Below are positions 53,883-62,191 of a stretch of DNA of 64,000 nt, one piece after another. Under the pieces are notes generated by a model. The model had not been told where the DNA came from. It saw nothing but the letters and a program-made list of their open reading frames with translations, and ran no database searches. The DNA is from a phage. The stretch's first letter is position 1. The number at the start of each line of letters is the position of its first letter. The stretch lies in sequence record OZ335964.1; one strand, 5' to 3'. The position numbers were made by a program, and so were the translations under genes.

Positions 53883-54347
53883 TTAACCGATTTTATCAAG
53901 TTCGTTTAATGCTTTCTCTGCTTCCTGTATAGCTTGCACCCTTTCCGGCATTTTGTCAAGAAAATCTTTCAACTCTTCAAAACTGGAGATATGACGCAAG
54001 GCGTTAGCACCGATAGCCGCATGTGATTTGCATTCAAAGCGAATTTTATAATTATCCATCGCCAACTTGAGAAGATCAATTAGTTTAGATTCTTCTGGAA
54101 TACTAATTTCTTCAAATCTGCTACGGTCGTGATCCAGAAACCAACAAGATAGACCTACATCGGTTGAACTCATATAAGTTCCATCATGAAGATATACAGA
54201 TCGCACGTATCCTTTTTTCGCATCAACCGACGCAACTTTAAACGGTAATCGCAGATATTTCAAATAATCAACATCATACCATTTAAAAAATTGGTTTGCA
54301 TCTTTTACATCTTTCCACGCATAGGTCTTACCAACTTCCCATTTCAT
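53883..54347 (-). CDS. paralogous family protein (154 aa)
   Basis: Track ORF trimmed to M6 (MKWEVGKTYAWKD...). Confidence 0.5.
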   Translation of the reverse strand: MKWEVGKTYAWKDVKDANQFFKWYDVDYLKYLRLPFKVASVDAKKGYVRSVYLHDGTYMSSTDVGLSCWFLDHDRSRFEEISIPEESKLIDLLKLAMDNYKIRFECKSHAAIGANALRHISSFEELKDFLDKMPERVQAIQEAEKALNELDKIG

Positions 54348-54351
54348 AATA

Positions 54352-54876
54352 TCATCTCTCATTTTTGATACGTGATTCTAATTGGATCATACGGTCTCGC
54401 GTTTGCTTGTATTCACGGATATTGCCGATCCGGCTAGGCATACCATCAAGCACGCTCTTAATCCCTTCTAGGGTAGTGATTTTAGCAATGCTATTATGTA
54501 ACCCCATCTTATCGATCAACTGAATGTCGTAGGCTTCCATAAGCAGACCCAGACGTTCTAAAGTTAGGTCTTCTTTTTCTTCCGATTCTGGAATCTTAGG
54601 TTCAATAGTAACTTCGGTAAAGAAACGACGCTCACCAGCCCAAAACCACACACCGGAAAAGCCAATAGGGGATTCTTTTAACGTCATAGAGTCGTAACCA
54701 CTGCCGATAATAGTAATTTCTCTAACATCACCATCATCGTCAATGTCTTCTACCCTAAACGGGCGACCAGCCAACAAGTCCACAATACGTCTGTTAATAG
54801 ACGACGAAAATTTAGTCAGTTCGGCTTTCGACGCTTCGCATTCAATCTTGTAAGTTTTACCAACTTCCCATTCCAT
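54352..54876 (-). CDS. paralogous family protein (174 aa)
   Basis: Track ORF starts at GTG; M4 (MEWEVGKTY...) has GAGGTGA SD. Confidence 0.5.
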   Translation of the reverse strand: MEWEVGKTYKIECEASKAELTKFSSSINRRIVDLLAGRPFRVEDIDDDGDVREITIIGSGYDSMTLKESPIGFSGVWFWAGERRFFTEVTIEPKIPESEEKEDLTLERLGLLMEAYDIQLIDKMGLHNSIAKITTLEGIKSVLDGMPSRIGNIREYKQTRDRMIQLESRIKNER

Positions 54877-54886
54877 AATAATCACC

Positions 54887-55390
54887 TCAAATAATTTTCA
54901 CTGGAATACTATTAACAATCTTGTATTGTACTTGATTGTCAGACCCCCGCCACGGCTTCTTCGTTGGCATATCTTTAATATAACGCCCATCGATGAACAT
55001 GTCAACTGATTCTACAATTTTTCTTTGCTCATCATTCAATTGGTCAAGGGTATAACCGGACCATAGCCAAATATCTTTATTTGGCATCCATGATTTTACC
55101 TCATCGATGATCCGCTGTACACCCTTTAAATTGCGTTTATACAGTGGATCACCACCTAAGAATGTTAGCCCCTGAATAAAATCAGGTCTAAGCAGATCCA
55201 GAATCAATCCCATTGTATCATCGGTGAATGGTTCCCCGTTCTTAGGATTGAGTAGGCTAGCATTAAAGCAACCATCACATGCGTGTGAACATCCGGTAAC
55301 GTAAAGGGAGACTCTCACTCCCTCACCGTTAACCATATCACAATCTTTAATATCGGCATAGCGTAGTTTGCCGTATGTATCAGAACTCAT
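54887..55390 (-). CDS. nrdG: anaerobic ribonucleotide reductase activating protein NrdG (radical SAM)
   Basis: CxxxCxxC cluster (GCSHACDGCFN) and glycine-rich SAM region; start set to M3. Confidence 0.85.
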   Translation of the reverse strand: MSSDTYGKLRYADIKDCDMVNGEGVRVSLYVTGCSHACDGCFNASLLNPKNGEPFTDDTMGLILDLLRPDFIQGLTFLGGDPLYKRNLKGVQRIIDEVKSWMPNKDIWLWSGYTLDQLNDEQRKIVESVDMFIDGRYIKDMPTKKPWRGSDNQVQYKIVNSIPVKII

Positions 55391-55532
55391 ATTCAATTAC
55401 CCCGAACTCGTTTACAATCTGCGCTTTATAGTAACCACCGCGAGATGCCAATAGATAAGCTGGGCTTAGGTATTCGCATTCACGGATTTCTACTTGTGCG
55501 TTTTCAGTTTCCCAAATCAGTAAAGTCCACAT
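55380..55532 (-). CDS. hypothetical small protein (50 aa)
   Basis: Track ORF trimmed to M26 with AGGAG SD; lies between the promoter cassette and nrdG. Confidence 0.4.
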   Translation of the reverse strand: MWTLLIWETENAQVEIRECEYLSPAYLLASRGGYYKAQIVNEFGVIEYEF

Positions 55533-55574
55533 ATTTGATTCTCCTGTAAAGTTGTATCTCGTCTTGATGAATAT

Positions 55575-55603
55575 AGTATAGGGGATCTCGCGATCCCCGT
55601 CAA
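55575..55603 (-). promoter_or_regulatory. early promoter/stem-loop cassette (variant)
   Basis: Minus strand reads TTGACG + GGGGATCGCGAGATCCCC palindrome + TATACT. Confidence 0.5.
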
Positions 55604-55607
55604 GCAT

Positions 55608-56135
55608 TTATTTTAAATTTTTTCGAATGTATTCAGACCATTCTCTGCCAGTAAGTTCGGTCCCATTCTGGAAACTGAAATACTCATACGGCATCGAGTC
55701 AAGATAAAACAGGATCATACATCGCGCCATATAATACCAATCACGATTAAAGTAAACTACGTTATCACCAGTACCATCAACCCCTTTATCATAACCATCG
55801 CGGGTACGGGCGACCCATTGAATAGTATCATTTTTCTCACGGATCGTAACAGGTTCCCAATATCCAGCACATCCAGCATGACCACACGAACAAGTAAGGA
55901 AATATTGACCTTTTGCTTTGTTGTCATCCCATTCACGATGGATTGGTTCGATCTCGTGAAACAGTGCTAAGCAATCATGATTATGCAACACTGGCTTACC
56001 ATCAATCAATGCATGGAATGTATACAAACGACCAGTAGACAAATAGCTATCCTCACGCTCAACCAGTTCAATAGCAATCTTTTTAGCTCGTTCTTTGTGT
56101 CGTTGTGCTTTACGCTTACGGTTTAATGATTTCAT
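55608..56135 (-). CDS. hypothetical Cys/His-rich protein (175 aa)
   Basis: Track ORF trimmed to M8 with GAGGTGA SD; HNHDC...CSCGHAGCAGYW cluster. Confidence 0.5.
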   Translation of the reverse strand: MKSLNRKRKAQRHKERAKKIAIELVEREDSYLSTGRLYTFHALIDGKPVLHNHDCLALFHEIEPIHREWDDNKAKGQYFLTCSCGHAGCAGYWEPVTIREKNDTIQWVARTRDGYDKGVDGTGDNVVYFNRDWYYMARCMILFYLDSMPYEYFSFQNGTELTGREWSEYIRKNLK

Positions 56136-56152
56136 ATTCACCTCACACATTA

Positions 56153-56695
56153 TCAAAGGTCGCGATATAGTACATTATGAAAATGAGAACTTGCATTACC
56201 AATATTGTAGATAATAAATTCTTCATCCGGCGCTTGCGCTACAAATTGAGTATGAGCAACCGCCACAACCTTAAAAATACGATCCGTGATCTTGTGTTTA
56301 ATTTCGGCTCCTACTTCCATAGGAACATATTCATGTGTTTCTGTTTCAGTCGCAAAACAGCCATCTTCTTCATAAGCACGAACAAATCGATCGCAATCAG
56401 TACGCTTAACAAATTCAAGAGTATACAATTCTCGTGAATTGTCGGTATAGACCAATACAGAATTATTATGATAGCGAATCACATACAGGTTATTATCATC
56501 GTCAATTACGCAAAAGCTACGGATTCCTTCGCCTATACTCCAGCAGATATTAACCACCGTTCCTCTAATAAAAAAACTTTCCTTTAAATTAAAACTAGTC
56601 AATGTGCTAGCGTGCATTTTAACAACAACACCATCGCCAATTTCCAGTTTACGAAGTTTAACTTCTTTGCTCAGTACACAAAACATCATCATCAT
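56153..56695 (-). CDS. hypothetical protein (180 aa)
   Basis: AGAGGA SD; begins with four ATG codons. Confidence 0.5.
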   Translation of the reverse strand: MMMMFCVLSKEVKLRKLEIGDGVVVKMHASTLTSFNLKESFFIRGTVVNICWSIGEGIRSFCVIDDDNNLYVIRYHNNSVLVYTDNSRELYTLEFVKRTDCDRFVRAYEEDGCFATETETHEYVPMEVGAEIKHKITDRIFKVVAVAHTQFVAQAPDEEFIIYNIGNASSHFHNVLYRDL

Positions 56696-56724
56696 GTTGT
56701 CCTCTCGTTGTTTTCGATGTGAGC

Positions 56725-56752
56725 ATTATACATTAGCTAATCATGTTGTCAA
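56725..56752 (-). promoter_or_regulatory. sigma70-type early promoter (TTGACA-N16-TATAAT)
   Basis: Consensus hexamers on minus strand, just after the nrdD terminator. Confidence 0.5.
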
Positions 56753-56764
56753 CACCCCAAAACG

Positions 56765-56790
56765 AAAAAGCCGACCCTTTCGGATCGGCT
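56765..56790 (-). terminator. rho-independent terminator after nrdD
   Basis: Minus-strand hairpin AGCCGAUCC-GAAA-GGGUCGGCU followed by UUUUUCGUUUU. Confidence 0.6.
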
Positions 56791-56795
56791 AAAAA

Positions 56796-58658
56796 TTACA
56801 TGTGCTTAACGCGGTTTACCATCTCGGAGTGTTTCCCGTGGTTAAATGGACGCAGATCAACAGATCCAAGATATCCACTAACGCGCCGGATAACATTCAT
56901 CTTTTCCAGATTGTCATTGCCGCAATCAGGACAAACAAAACCAGACTCGGTCGCTCTCATTTCCTTAGTAGATCCGCATACATGACATACATCAGAAGGA
57001 GTATTAACACCGAAGTAATGCAATTTATCCATTGCATAGTCTACTACAGTTTCAAGACCTTTCAGGTTGTTTTTCATGTCTGGGAACTCAACATAAGAGA
57101 TCATGCCACCGGACGCCAGCCAGTGATAATCTTTCTCAAAGTCGATTTTCTCAAACGGTGTGACTTTCCGGTCTACGTCAAGATGGAATGAGTTGGTGTA
57201 CCAGTCTTTATCGGTAGCACCCTTAACAATACCAAATTGCTCTCGATCCAGTCGATTAAATCGATAGCAAAGGCTCTCGGCTGGCGTACCGTAAAGACTA
57301 AACCCAAGTCCGGTTTCGTCCTTCCATTTTTCAGTATAATGACGCAAGATCTTAAGAATATGTTTACCGTATCGCTGCGCATCTTCCGAATCAAACGGAT
57401 GAACACCAAACAGGACGCTCAATACCTCATGTAAACCAATATATCCAAGAGAGATACTAGCGCGACCATCTTTCAACACTTCCAAAATTTCATCGTTTTG
57501 ATGAATACGGAAAAATGCACCTTCTGTATACAGCACAGGAGCAACATTGGCTTTAGCCCCTTTTAAAGCGTCTACGCGACTCATCAGCGCATCAAAGCAA
57601 ATAGGCATACGATTAGCTAGCTCTTGTTCGAATAGCTCAATTCTGCGCATTACAGACGCTTTACCAGCACGACGCGCGGCAATAAGAGCAATACGCGGAA
57701 GATTCAGAGTCACAACACCTAAGTTATTACGTCCGTCTAATACTTCTTCGCCTTTCTCATTATGCCACACACCCAGGAAGCTACGACAACCCATCGGGCT
57801 AACCGGAACACTAGATCCAGTGATACTACGGTTATTCTTCGCAGAGATATAATCAGGGTAAAGACGCTTACTAGAACATTCCAATGCAAGTTGCTTAATG
57901 TCGTAGTTCGGATCTTCCGGTTTAAGGTTTAATCCTTCTTCTAAGAACATCACCAGCTTAGGAAACACCGGAGTGATACCATCTTTACCTAAACCTTTAG
58001 TTCGAACGTTCAGGATCGCTTTCTGAATCAGTTTTTCTTCCCAGCTAGTACCCATACCAAAGGTTAAAGTCACAAAAGGCGTTTGACCGTTGGTAGAGAA
58101 CAAAGTGTTGATCTCATATTCCAACGCCTGATATCCGTCTAACGTTTCTTTTTCTGTCTTCTCTTGTGCATAGAGAGTATCAGCTTTGATTCCGTAGGTT
58201 TCGGCATCAGCAAGGTGTTTATGATATGTTTTCTCAACATACGGTGCTAACACCTGATCGATGTTTGCAATTGTGGTCCCGCCATATTGATGACTTGCCA
58301 CCTGTGCGATAATTTGAGCGGTTACAGCACAAGCAACGCCGATTGATTTCGGACTTTCGATTTGTGCACTACCCAATTTAAAACCATTCTCTAACATGTC
58401 TTTGAGATTAACAAGACAGCAGTTAGTAAACGGCATAGCGGGTGCATAATCCATATCATGATAATGAATATCACCGTCTACATGCGCTTTATAGATGTGC
58501 TCAGGTAACACGGTTTTAGCAATCTGTTTAGACACAGCACCAGCAATCAGATCTCGACGTGTCGGGAATGTTCGCGCGTCTTTGTTCGCGTTCTCTTTGC
58601 TTACTTCGTTTTCTTTACCCGTTGCGATCTCTGTAATGTCTTTGATTAGTTTTTCCAT
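56796..58658 (-). CDS. nrdD: anaerobic ribonucleoside-triphosphate reductase NrdD
   Basis: 620 aa; C-terminal glycyl-radical motif RRVSGYLGS and zinc ribbon CHVCGS..CPDCG; contiguous frame, no intron. Confidence 0.9.
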   Translation of the reverse strand: MEKLIKDITEIATGKENEVSKENANKDARTFPTRRDLIAGAVSKQIAKTVLPEHIYKAHVDGDIHYHDMDYAPAMPFTNCCLVNLKDMLENGFKLGSAQIESPKSIGVACAVTAQIIAQVASHQYGGTTIANIDQVLAPYVEKTYHKHLADAETYGIKADTLYAQEKTEKETLDGYQALEYEINTLFSTNGQTPFVTLTFGMGTSWEEKLIQKAILNVRTKGLGKDGITPVFPKLVMFLEEGLNLKPEDPNYDIKQLALECSSKRLYPDYISAKNNRSITGSSVPVSPMGCRSFLGVWHNEKGEEVLDGRNNLGVVTLNLPRIALIAARRAGKASVMRRIELFEQELANRMPICFDALMSRVDALKGAKANVAPVLYTEGAFFRIHQNDEILEVLKDGRASISLGYIGLHEVLSVLFGVHPFDSEDAQRYGKHILKILRHYTEKWKDETGLGFSLYGTPAESLCYRFNRLDREQFGIVKGATDKDWYTNSFHLDVDRKVTPFEKIDFEKDYHWLASGGMISYVEFPDMKNNLKGLETVVDYAMDKLHYFGVNTPSDVCHVCGSTKEMRATESGFVCPDCGNDNLEKMNVIRRVSGYLGSVDLRPFNHGKHSEMVNRVKHM

Positions 58659-58671
58659 TGTATCACCTATG

Positions 58672-58693
58672 AAAAAGCGGGATTTCTCCCGCT
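58672..58693 (-). terminator. stem-loop / terminator just upstream of nrdD
   Basis: Minus-strand hairpin AGCGGGA-GAAA-TCCCGCT followed by TTTTTC, then the nrdD SD. Confidence 0.5.
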
Positions 58694-58702
58694 CGTTGAT
58701 AG

Positions 58703-59197
58703 TTATTTTACCAGTTCTGCTAATTCTTTTTCCGCCGCTTCCAGTTCAGCTTTCAGTTGTTTGATCTCTTGTCGCTTCTTATTAGCGGCTTCCTGCTTAC
58801 TATTTCGGATAACCTGATCTAGATACAACTCCCAATCCTGAATATTTTTGATAATGTAGCCGTCAACGTTCAGAGCTTTAATATTAAGAACTTCTTCCAG
58901 CTTACTTAAAGAACGTTGTGTTTCTGGGAAGAAATAGTCATATTCACCTCGGTCAAACCAGTAGCTTATGCCAGCTTTATCTAAACGACGATGCAATTCA
59001 TAAAAATCTCTACCATCTTCGACGATGAGTTTGTCTACATCGCCATTACAGTTAACAGAGACTTTGAATCTAATATTATCAACCCCACCAAAAACATCAA
59101 TAAGGATAGTTCCGATCGTGTTATCCGCGCTTCCAGTATCCATAAAAGATTCTAGTTTTTCTTGATTAGTAACGTACCAAACATCTTGTTTCCACAT
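58703..59197 (-). CDS. hypothetical protein (164 aa) with coiled-coil C-terminus
   Basis: GAGAGGATTATATT-ATG leader identical to neighbouring paralogs; E/K-rich helical tail. Confidence 0.5.
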   Translation of the reverse strand: MWKQDVWYVTNQEKLESFMDTGSADNTIGTILIDVFGGVDNIRFKVSVNCNGDVDKLIVEDGRDFYELHRRLDKAGISYWFDRGEYDYFFPETQRSLSKLEEVLNIKALNVDGYIIKNIQDWELYLDQVIRNSKQEAANKKRQEIKQLKAELEAAEKELAELVK

Positions 59198-59221
59198 AAT
59201 ATAATCCTCTCGTTGTTAAGT

Positions 59222-59255
59222 GGGAGTATTATAGCATACTCCCTTCGCATGTCAA
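59222..59255 (-). promoter_or_regulatory. early promoter/stem-loop cassette (PeSL-like)
   Basis: Minus strand reads TTGACA-N6-GGGAGTATGCTATAATACTCCC; the -35 overlaps the upstream gene stop. Confidence 0.55.
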
Positions 59256-60430
59256 GCACTAACTTTTTTCTTTACTGCTTTCACCTTCTGGCGAATTGCT
59301 CGAATCTCTTCGATCTCTTTTTCAGTCTCTTTAACAATTTCTTTGCGATTCTGAATATCTGTATCGAGATTATCATCAAGTTTAGGCAGCATGTCAATCA
59401 AGAACTTTTTAAAGTCTTTCAGGTTTCTGATAACAGCACCTTCACCCATTACCGCCACCCCTACACCATCCGGCAGATCGCCAAACAGTTTAACCAGTTC
59501 AGACAGATGATCATGATCTTCTAGTGCTTCTTCCGGTTCAGATGGCAGTTCAACAAAGTTATAACGTTCATCATTGCTGATGATGTGATACCAGCAAAGC
59601 CCGAATGATTTCGGTGTATATTCTACACCATCAATTTCAACCGAGTCAACACTTCCATAATCATCTACTTTAGTTACCTTAAATCCTTGTCCCAGCTTTT
59701 GAACAATTTCAACAACATGACTTGATACAGTTTCAGCGGTAAACCAATATGGCAAATTATGCTGATTTGGCTTGTAGCGTTCACCTACTTTAAATCTCTG
59801 ACCAGCCGCTTGCATAGCATGAAATTGTTGTTTCGTGATTTCCGCGAAGTATTCAAATTCGCTACCATCAAACAAGCAATTCCATTGATCACAAAAACGA
59901 TCCGCCTTGACGGTTTCACCTTTCGCGGTGATCACGGTAGCTGATCCGTGCAATTCTTCTTCAACTAAAAAGCCATATTCGACAAAATCGACAAGTTTCA
60001 TGGCTTCTTTGTGCTCTGGATCATTCTCTCCCCAGAATCGCTTAAATTCTTGCAAACCTTCCGGGGTAAACGAATAACATTTACCTTTTTCAAAGTAAGT
60101 CGGCATTGCATCCTCTTTCTTGTTCATAGCTTCGTATGCCTCTTTTGAGATACGTTTAAAGTATTTGCGCTCATTGTGCATAATCATAGTAGCCCAATAA
60201 TAAACGATATCCTCAGCGGAATAAACTACATCTCCAGCTTCAATAGTAATAACATGACCGTGGTCATCTTTTTCTAATACTTTAAAGCCCTTTTCTACGA
60301 TTTCAGCAACCCGAATATGACCACGGCGCGAAGCATCGGTCAGAATAATTGAATAGCGAGAAAAGTCTAGAAACTCATCTTTACCGCCTTCACGGAATGC
60401 ATAGTAATGACCTTCAAAGAATTTAGCCAT
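59252..60430 (-). CDS. paralogous family protein (392 aa), three tandem domain repeats
   Basis: Three copies of the G..Y.F...GF.V...D..G.V domain, with NERKYFKRIS shared with the next paralog; helical tail. Confidence 0.55.
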   Translation of the reverse strand: MAKFFEGHYYAFREGGKDEFLDFSRYSIILTDASRRGHIRVAEIVEKGFKVLEKDDHGHVITIEAGDVVYSAEDIVYYWATMIMHNERKYFKRISKEAYEAMNKKEDAMPTYFEKGKCYSFTPEGLQEFKRFWGENDPEHKEAMKLVDFVEYGFLVEEELHGSATVITAKGETVKADRFCDQWNCLFDGSEFEYFAEITKQQFHAMQAAGQRFKVGERYKPNQHNLPYWFTAETVSSHVVEIVQKLGQGFKVTKVDDYGSVDSVEIDGVEYTPKSFGLCWYHIISNDERYNFVELPSEPEEALEDHDHLSELVKLFGDLPDGVGVAVMGEGAVIRNLKDFKKFLIDMLPKLDDNLDTDIQNRKEIVKETEKEIEEIRAIRQKVKAVKKKVSA

Positions 60431-60454
60431 AATATAATCCTCTCGTTGTTTAGA

Positions 60455-60490
60455 CGGGAGTATCTTACTACTCCCGTTTCATCATGTCAA
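60455..60490 (-). promoter_or_regulatory. early promoter/stem-loop cassette (PeSL-like)
   Basis: Minus strand reads TTGACA-N9-(C)GGGAGTAGTAAGATACTCCC(G). Confidence 0.55.
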
Positions 60491-61053
60491 GCGTTAAATG
60501 ACTTTTGGATCTCTTTCAGTTCAGCTACTTTATCGGCGCTGAATTTAGCGTAGGTATCATGTCGAATAATTTCACTTTCAAGAAAGGTTTCCAGCCGAGA
60601 TCTATTTTCAATAAGGAACTCTTTCAGGTCTTCCGCGTTCTTGATAAAGATTTTATTGTCGGTAATGTCATCTTCAATCGCAAAGGAGATAGAGCGAACT
60701 TTACCAAACAAGTTAATCAGATCTTCCAGAGATTCTTCTTTCTTAACTGGTTTCATTTCTTCAAACTGCTTTTTAGTGATGCGTTTAAAGTATTTGCGCT
60801 CGTTTGCAGCAATCAGAACAGATGCACCTTCATACTCATGAGTTTCTACCAGATACACACGACCCATCGCATCAACAGTGAGAACTTTAAAGCCGTTACA
60901 AAGCACGTCATACAAGAACTTATTATGTTGCGGACATCGTTTGATAAATTCCTCTGCGGACTCAGCATTACGGAAAGTGTAATAACGACCTCGTTCAAAA
61001 ACAGCATCAGTTGAAGACTTAGCCGGATACAATTTATACGTTTTCTGTACCAT
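60487..61053 (-). CDS. paralogous family protein (188 aa)
   Basis: Track ORF trimmed to M7 with GAGGATT SD; NERKYFKRITK block shared with the three-repeat paralog. Confidence 0.5.
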   Translation of the reverse strand: MVQKTYKLYPAKSSTDAVFERGRYYTFRNAESAEEFIKRCPQHNKFLYDVLCNGFKVLTVDAMGRVYLVETHEYEGASVLIAANERKYFKRITKKQFEEMKPVKKEESLEDLINLFGKVRSISFAIEDDITDNKIFIKNAEDLKEFLIENRSRLETFLESEIIRHDTYAKFSADKVAELKEIQKSFNA

Positions 61054-61067
61054 AATATAATCCTCTA

Positions 61068-61340
61068 TCATTTCACTAATTGAACAGCACGAAACAGAAT
61101 GCGGTCACACGGAAGAAGCATAAATTCCCAACGCGGATCAAAGTCTTTAGCGGTATATGTTTTCCCATCAACCGAGATTTCACTTACATAACCAATAGGT
61201 GACACTTTAAGAATAGTAAATCCATTCTTGATGACTTCGTAGGTATCTTTCAATCCTTCGTAGTCATCCTCTAGGAAGTCTTTACGTGCTTGCTCAGATT
61301 TAAAAACATAGGCCACACCGGATTTAAACATCTTACGCAT
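61068..61340 (-). CDS. paralogous family protein (90 aa), single domain
   Basis: EQARKDF ... FTILKV..YVSEISVDGKTY matches the family core; AAGGAG SD. Confidence 0.5.
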   Translation of the reverse strand: MRKMFKSGVAYVFKSEQARKDFLEDDYEGLKDTYEVIKNGFTILKVSPIGYVSEISVDGKTYTAKDFDPRWEFMLLPCDRILFRAVQLVK

Positions 61341-61365
61341 TGTTGATTCTCCTTCTTGATTAGAT

Positions 61366-61400
61366 GGGAGTATTTTACTACTCCCATTTCATGCTGTCAA
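61366..61400 (-). promoter_or_regulatory. early promoter/stem-loop cassette (PeSL-like)
   Basis: Minus strand reads TTGACA-N9-GGGAGTAGTAAAATACTCCC. Confidence 0.55.
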
Positions 61401-61403
61401 CTA

Positions 61404-61877
61404 CTATCTTAATCTTTGTATAAATTGTTTCTTATACTTCTTCGTGATCTCTTCTCTTGTATCCGCGTCACAATAATCGAAACCTTCTGCGTCCATAATA
61501 GCAACCATCTCCGCGCGTGTCAAGCGTGAAAATCGTTTTACTTTATCAACAGCATATTGAGGATGTAAATGATTGTTGGTGTAGTCTCCTTTGATGTAAT
61601 TAACATAGTTTGTAGCCCAAACAACGAAATCAGCACCTAAAGCACCAACACCAAACCGTTTAAAGTCTCCGGTCAACGATCCTTCTAGGCGGTTGCAACA
61701 CGAATGAAGCAATCCCCTTACGCGGCCTTGCCCTTTCCCATCTAGATCGTGGTCGTGGTCAAGATGGTTTTTGCTCATATCCTCAAAAAGTGGCAATTGA
61801 CAAAGGGGGCAAATGCCCCCCTGTTTTTCGAATAGTTCTTGTTTGTACTCTTTAGCACTCTTAGCAGTCAGTAACAT
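61404..61877 (-). CDS. 49: endonuclease VII (Holliday junction resolvase, gp49-like)
   Basis: Track ORF trimmed to M6 with GGAGGGTGA SD; zinc-binding CPLCQ and HLDHDHDLDG..GRVRGLLH core. Confidence 0.75.
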   Translation of the reverse strand: MLLTAKSAKEYKQELFEKQGGICPLCQLPLFEDMSKNHLDHDHDLDGKGQGRVRGLLHSCCNRLEGSLTGDFKRFGVGALGADFVVWATNYVNYIKGDYTNNHLHPQYAVDKVKRFSRLTRAEMVAIMDAEGFDYCDADTREEITKKYKKQFIQRLR

Positions 61878-61901
61878 AAATTCACCCTCCAAAGAAGGTA
61901 T

Positions 61902-62183
61902 TTAACCATTAATCTTGTTTTTGACTACAAAGGATCGGAACTCATCAAAGCCACCAATATAATCACCATTATAGAAAATCTGCGGCATGGTGGCAATAAC
62001 TTCTACCCCTGCGCGATCCTGAATATCGGCAATGATAGAATCAATCTTTACAGGGCGACCGTTTTCGTCAACACCATCATTAACCGGAATGTAGATGTAA
62101 GGGATCTTACGCGATTCACAAAGGCGCTTTGCATTCTGGCAATACTTACAGTTGTAACCTTCAAAACCAAAAATTTCTACCAT
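61902..62183 (-). CDS. nrdC: glutaredoxin/thioredoxin NrdC
   Basis: Track ORF trimmed to M5; CKYC active site and MPQIFYNGDYIGGFDEF C-terminal block. Confidence 0.7.
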   Translation of the reverse strand: MVEIFGFEGYNCKYCQNAKRLCESRKIPYIYIPVNDGVDENGRPVKIDSIIADIQDRAGVEVIATMPQIFYNGDYIGGFDEFRSFVVKNKING

Positions 62184-62191
62184 ATTATACC

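Noticed and set aside
56796-58658. Group I intron in nrdD (present in T4 nrdD as I recall)
   Set aside because: The nrdD frame is contiguous through the glycyl-radical motif, so there is no intron here.
14653-61400. Possible CRISPR array suggested by the repeated GGGAGTA..TACTCCC palindromes
   Set aside because: The repeats are tens of kb apart, each sits in an intergenic region with sigma70-like hexamers, and there are no regular spacers; they are promoter cassettes, not a CRISPR array.
61805-61830. Plus-strand hairpin GGGGGCAAATGCCCCC followed by CTGTTTTT, resembling a terminator
   Set aside because: Lies inside the endonuclease VII coding sequence (encodes GGICPL), and there are no plus-strand genes nearby; probably a by-product of coding constraints.
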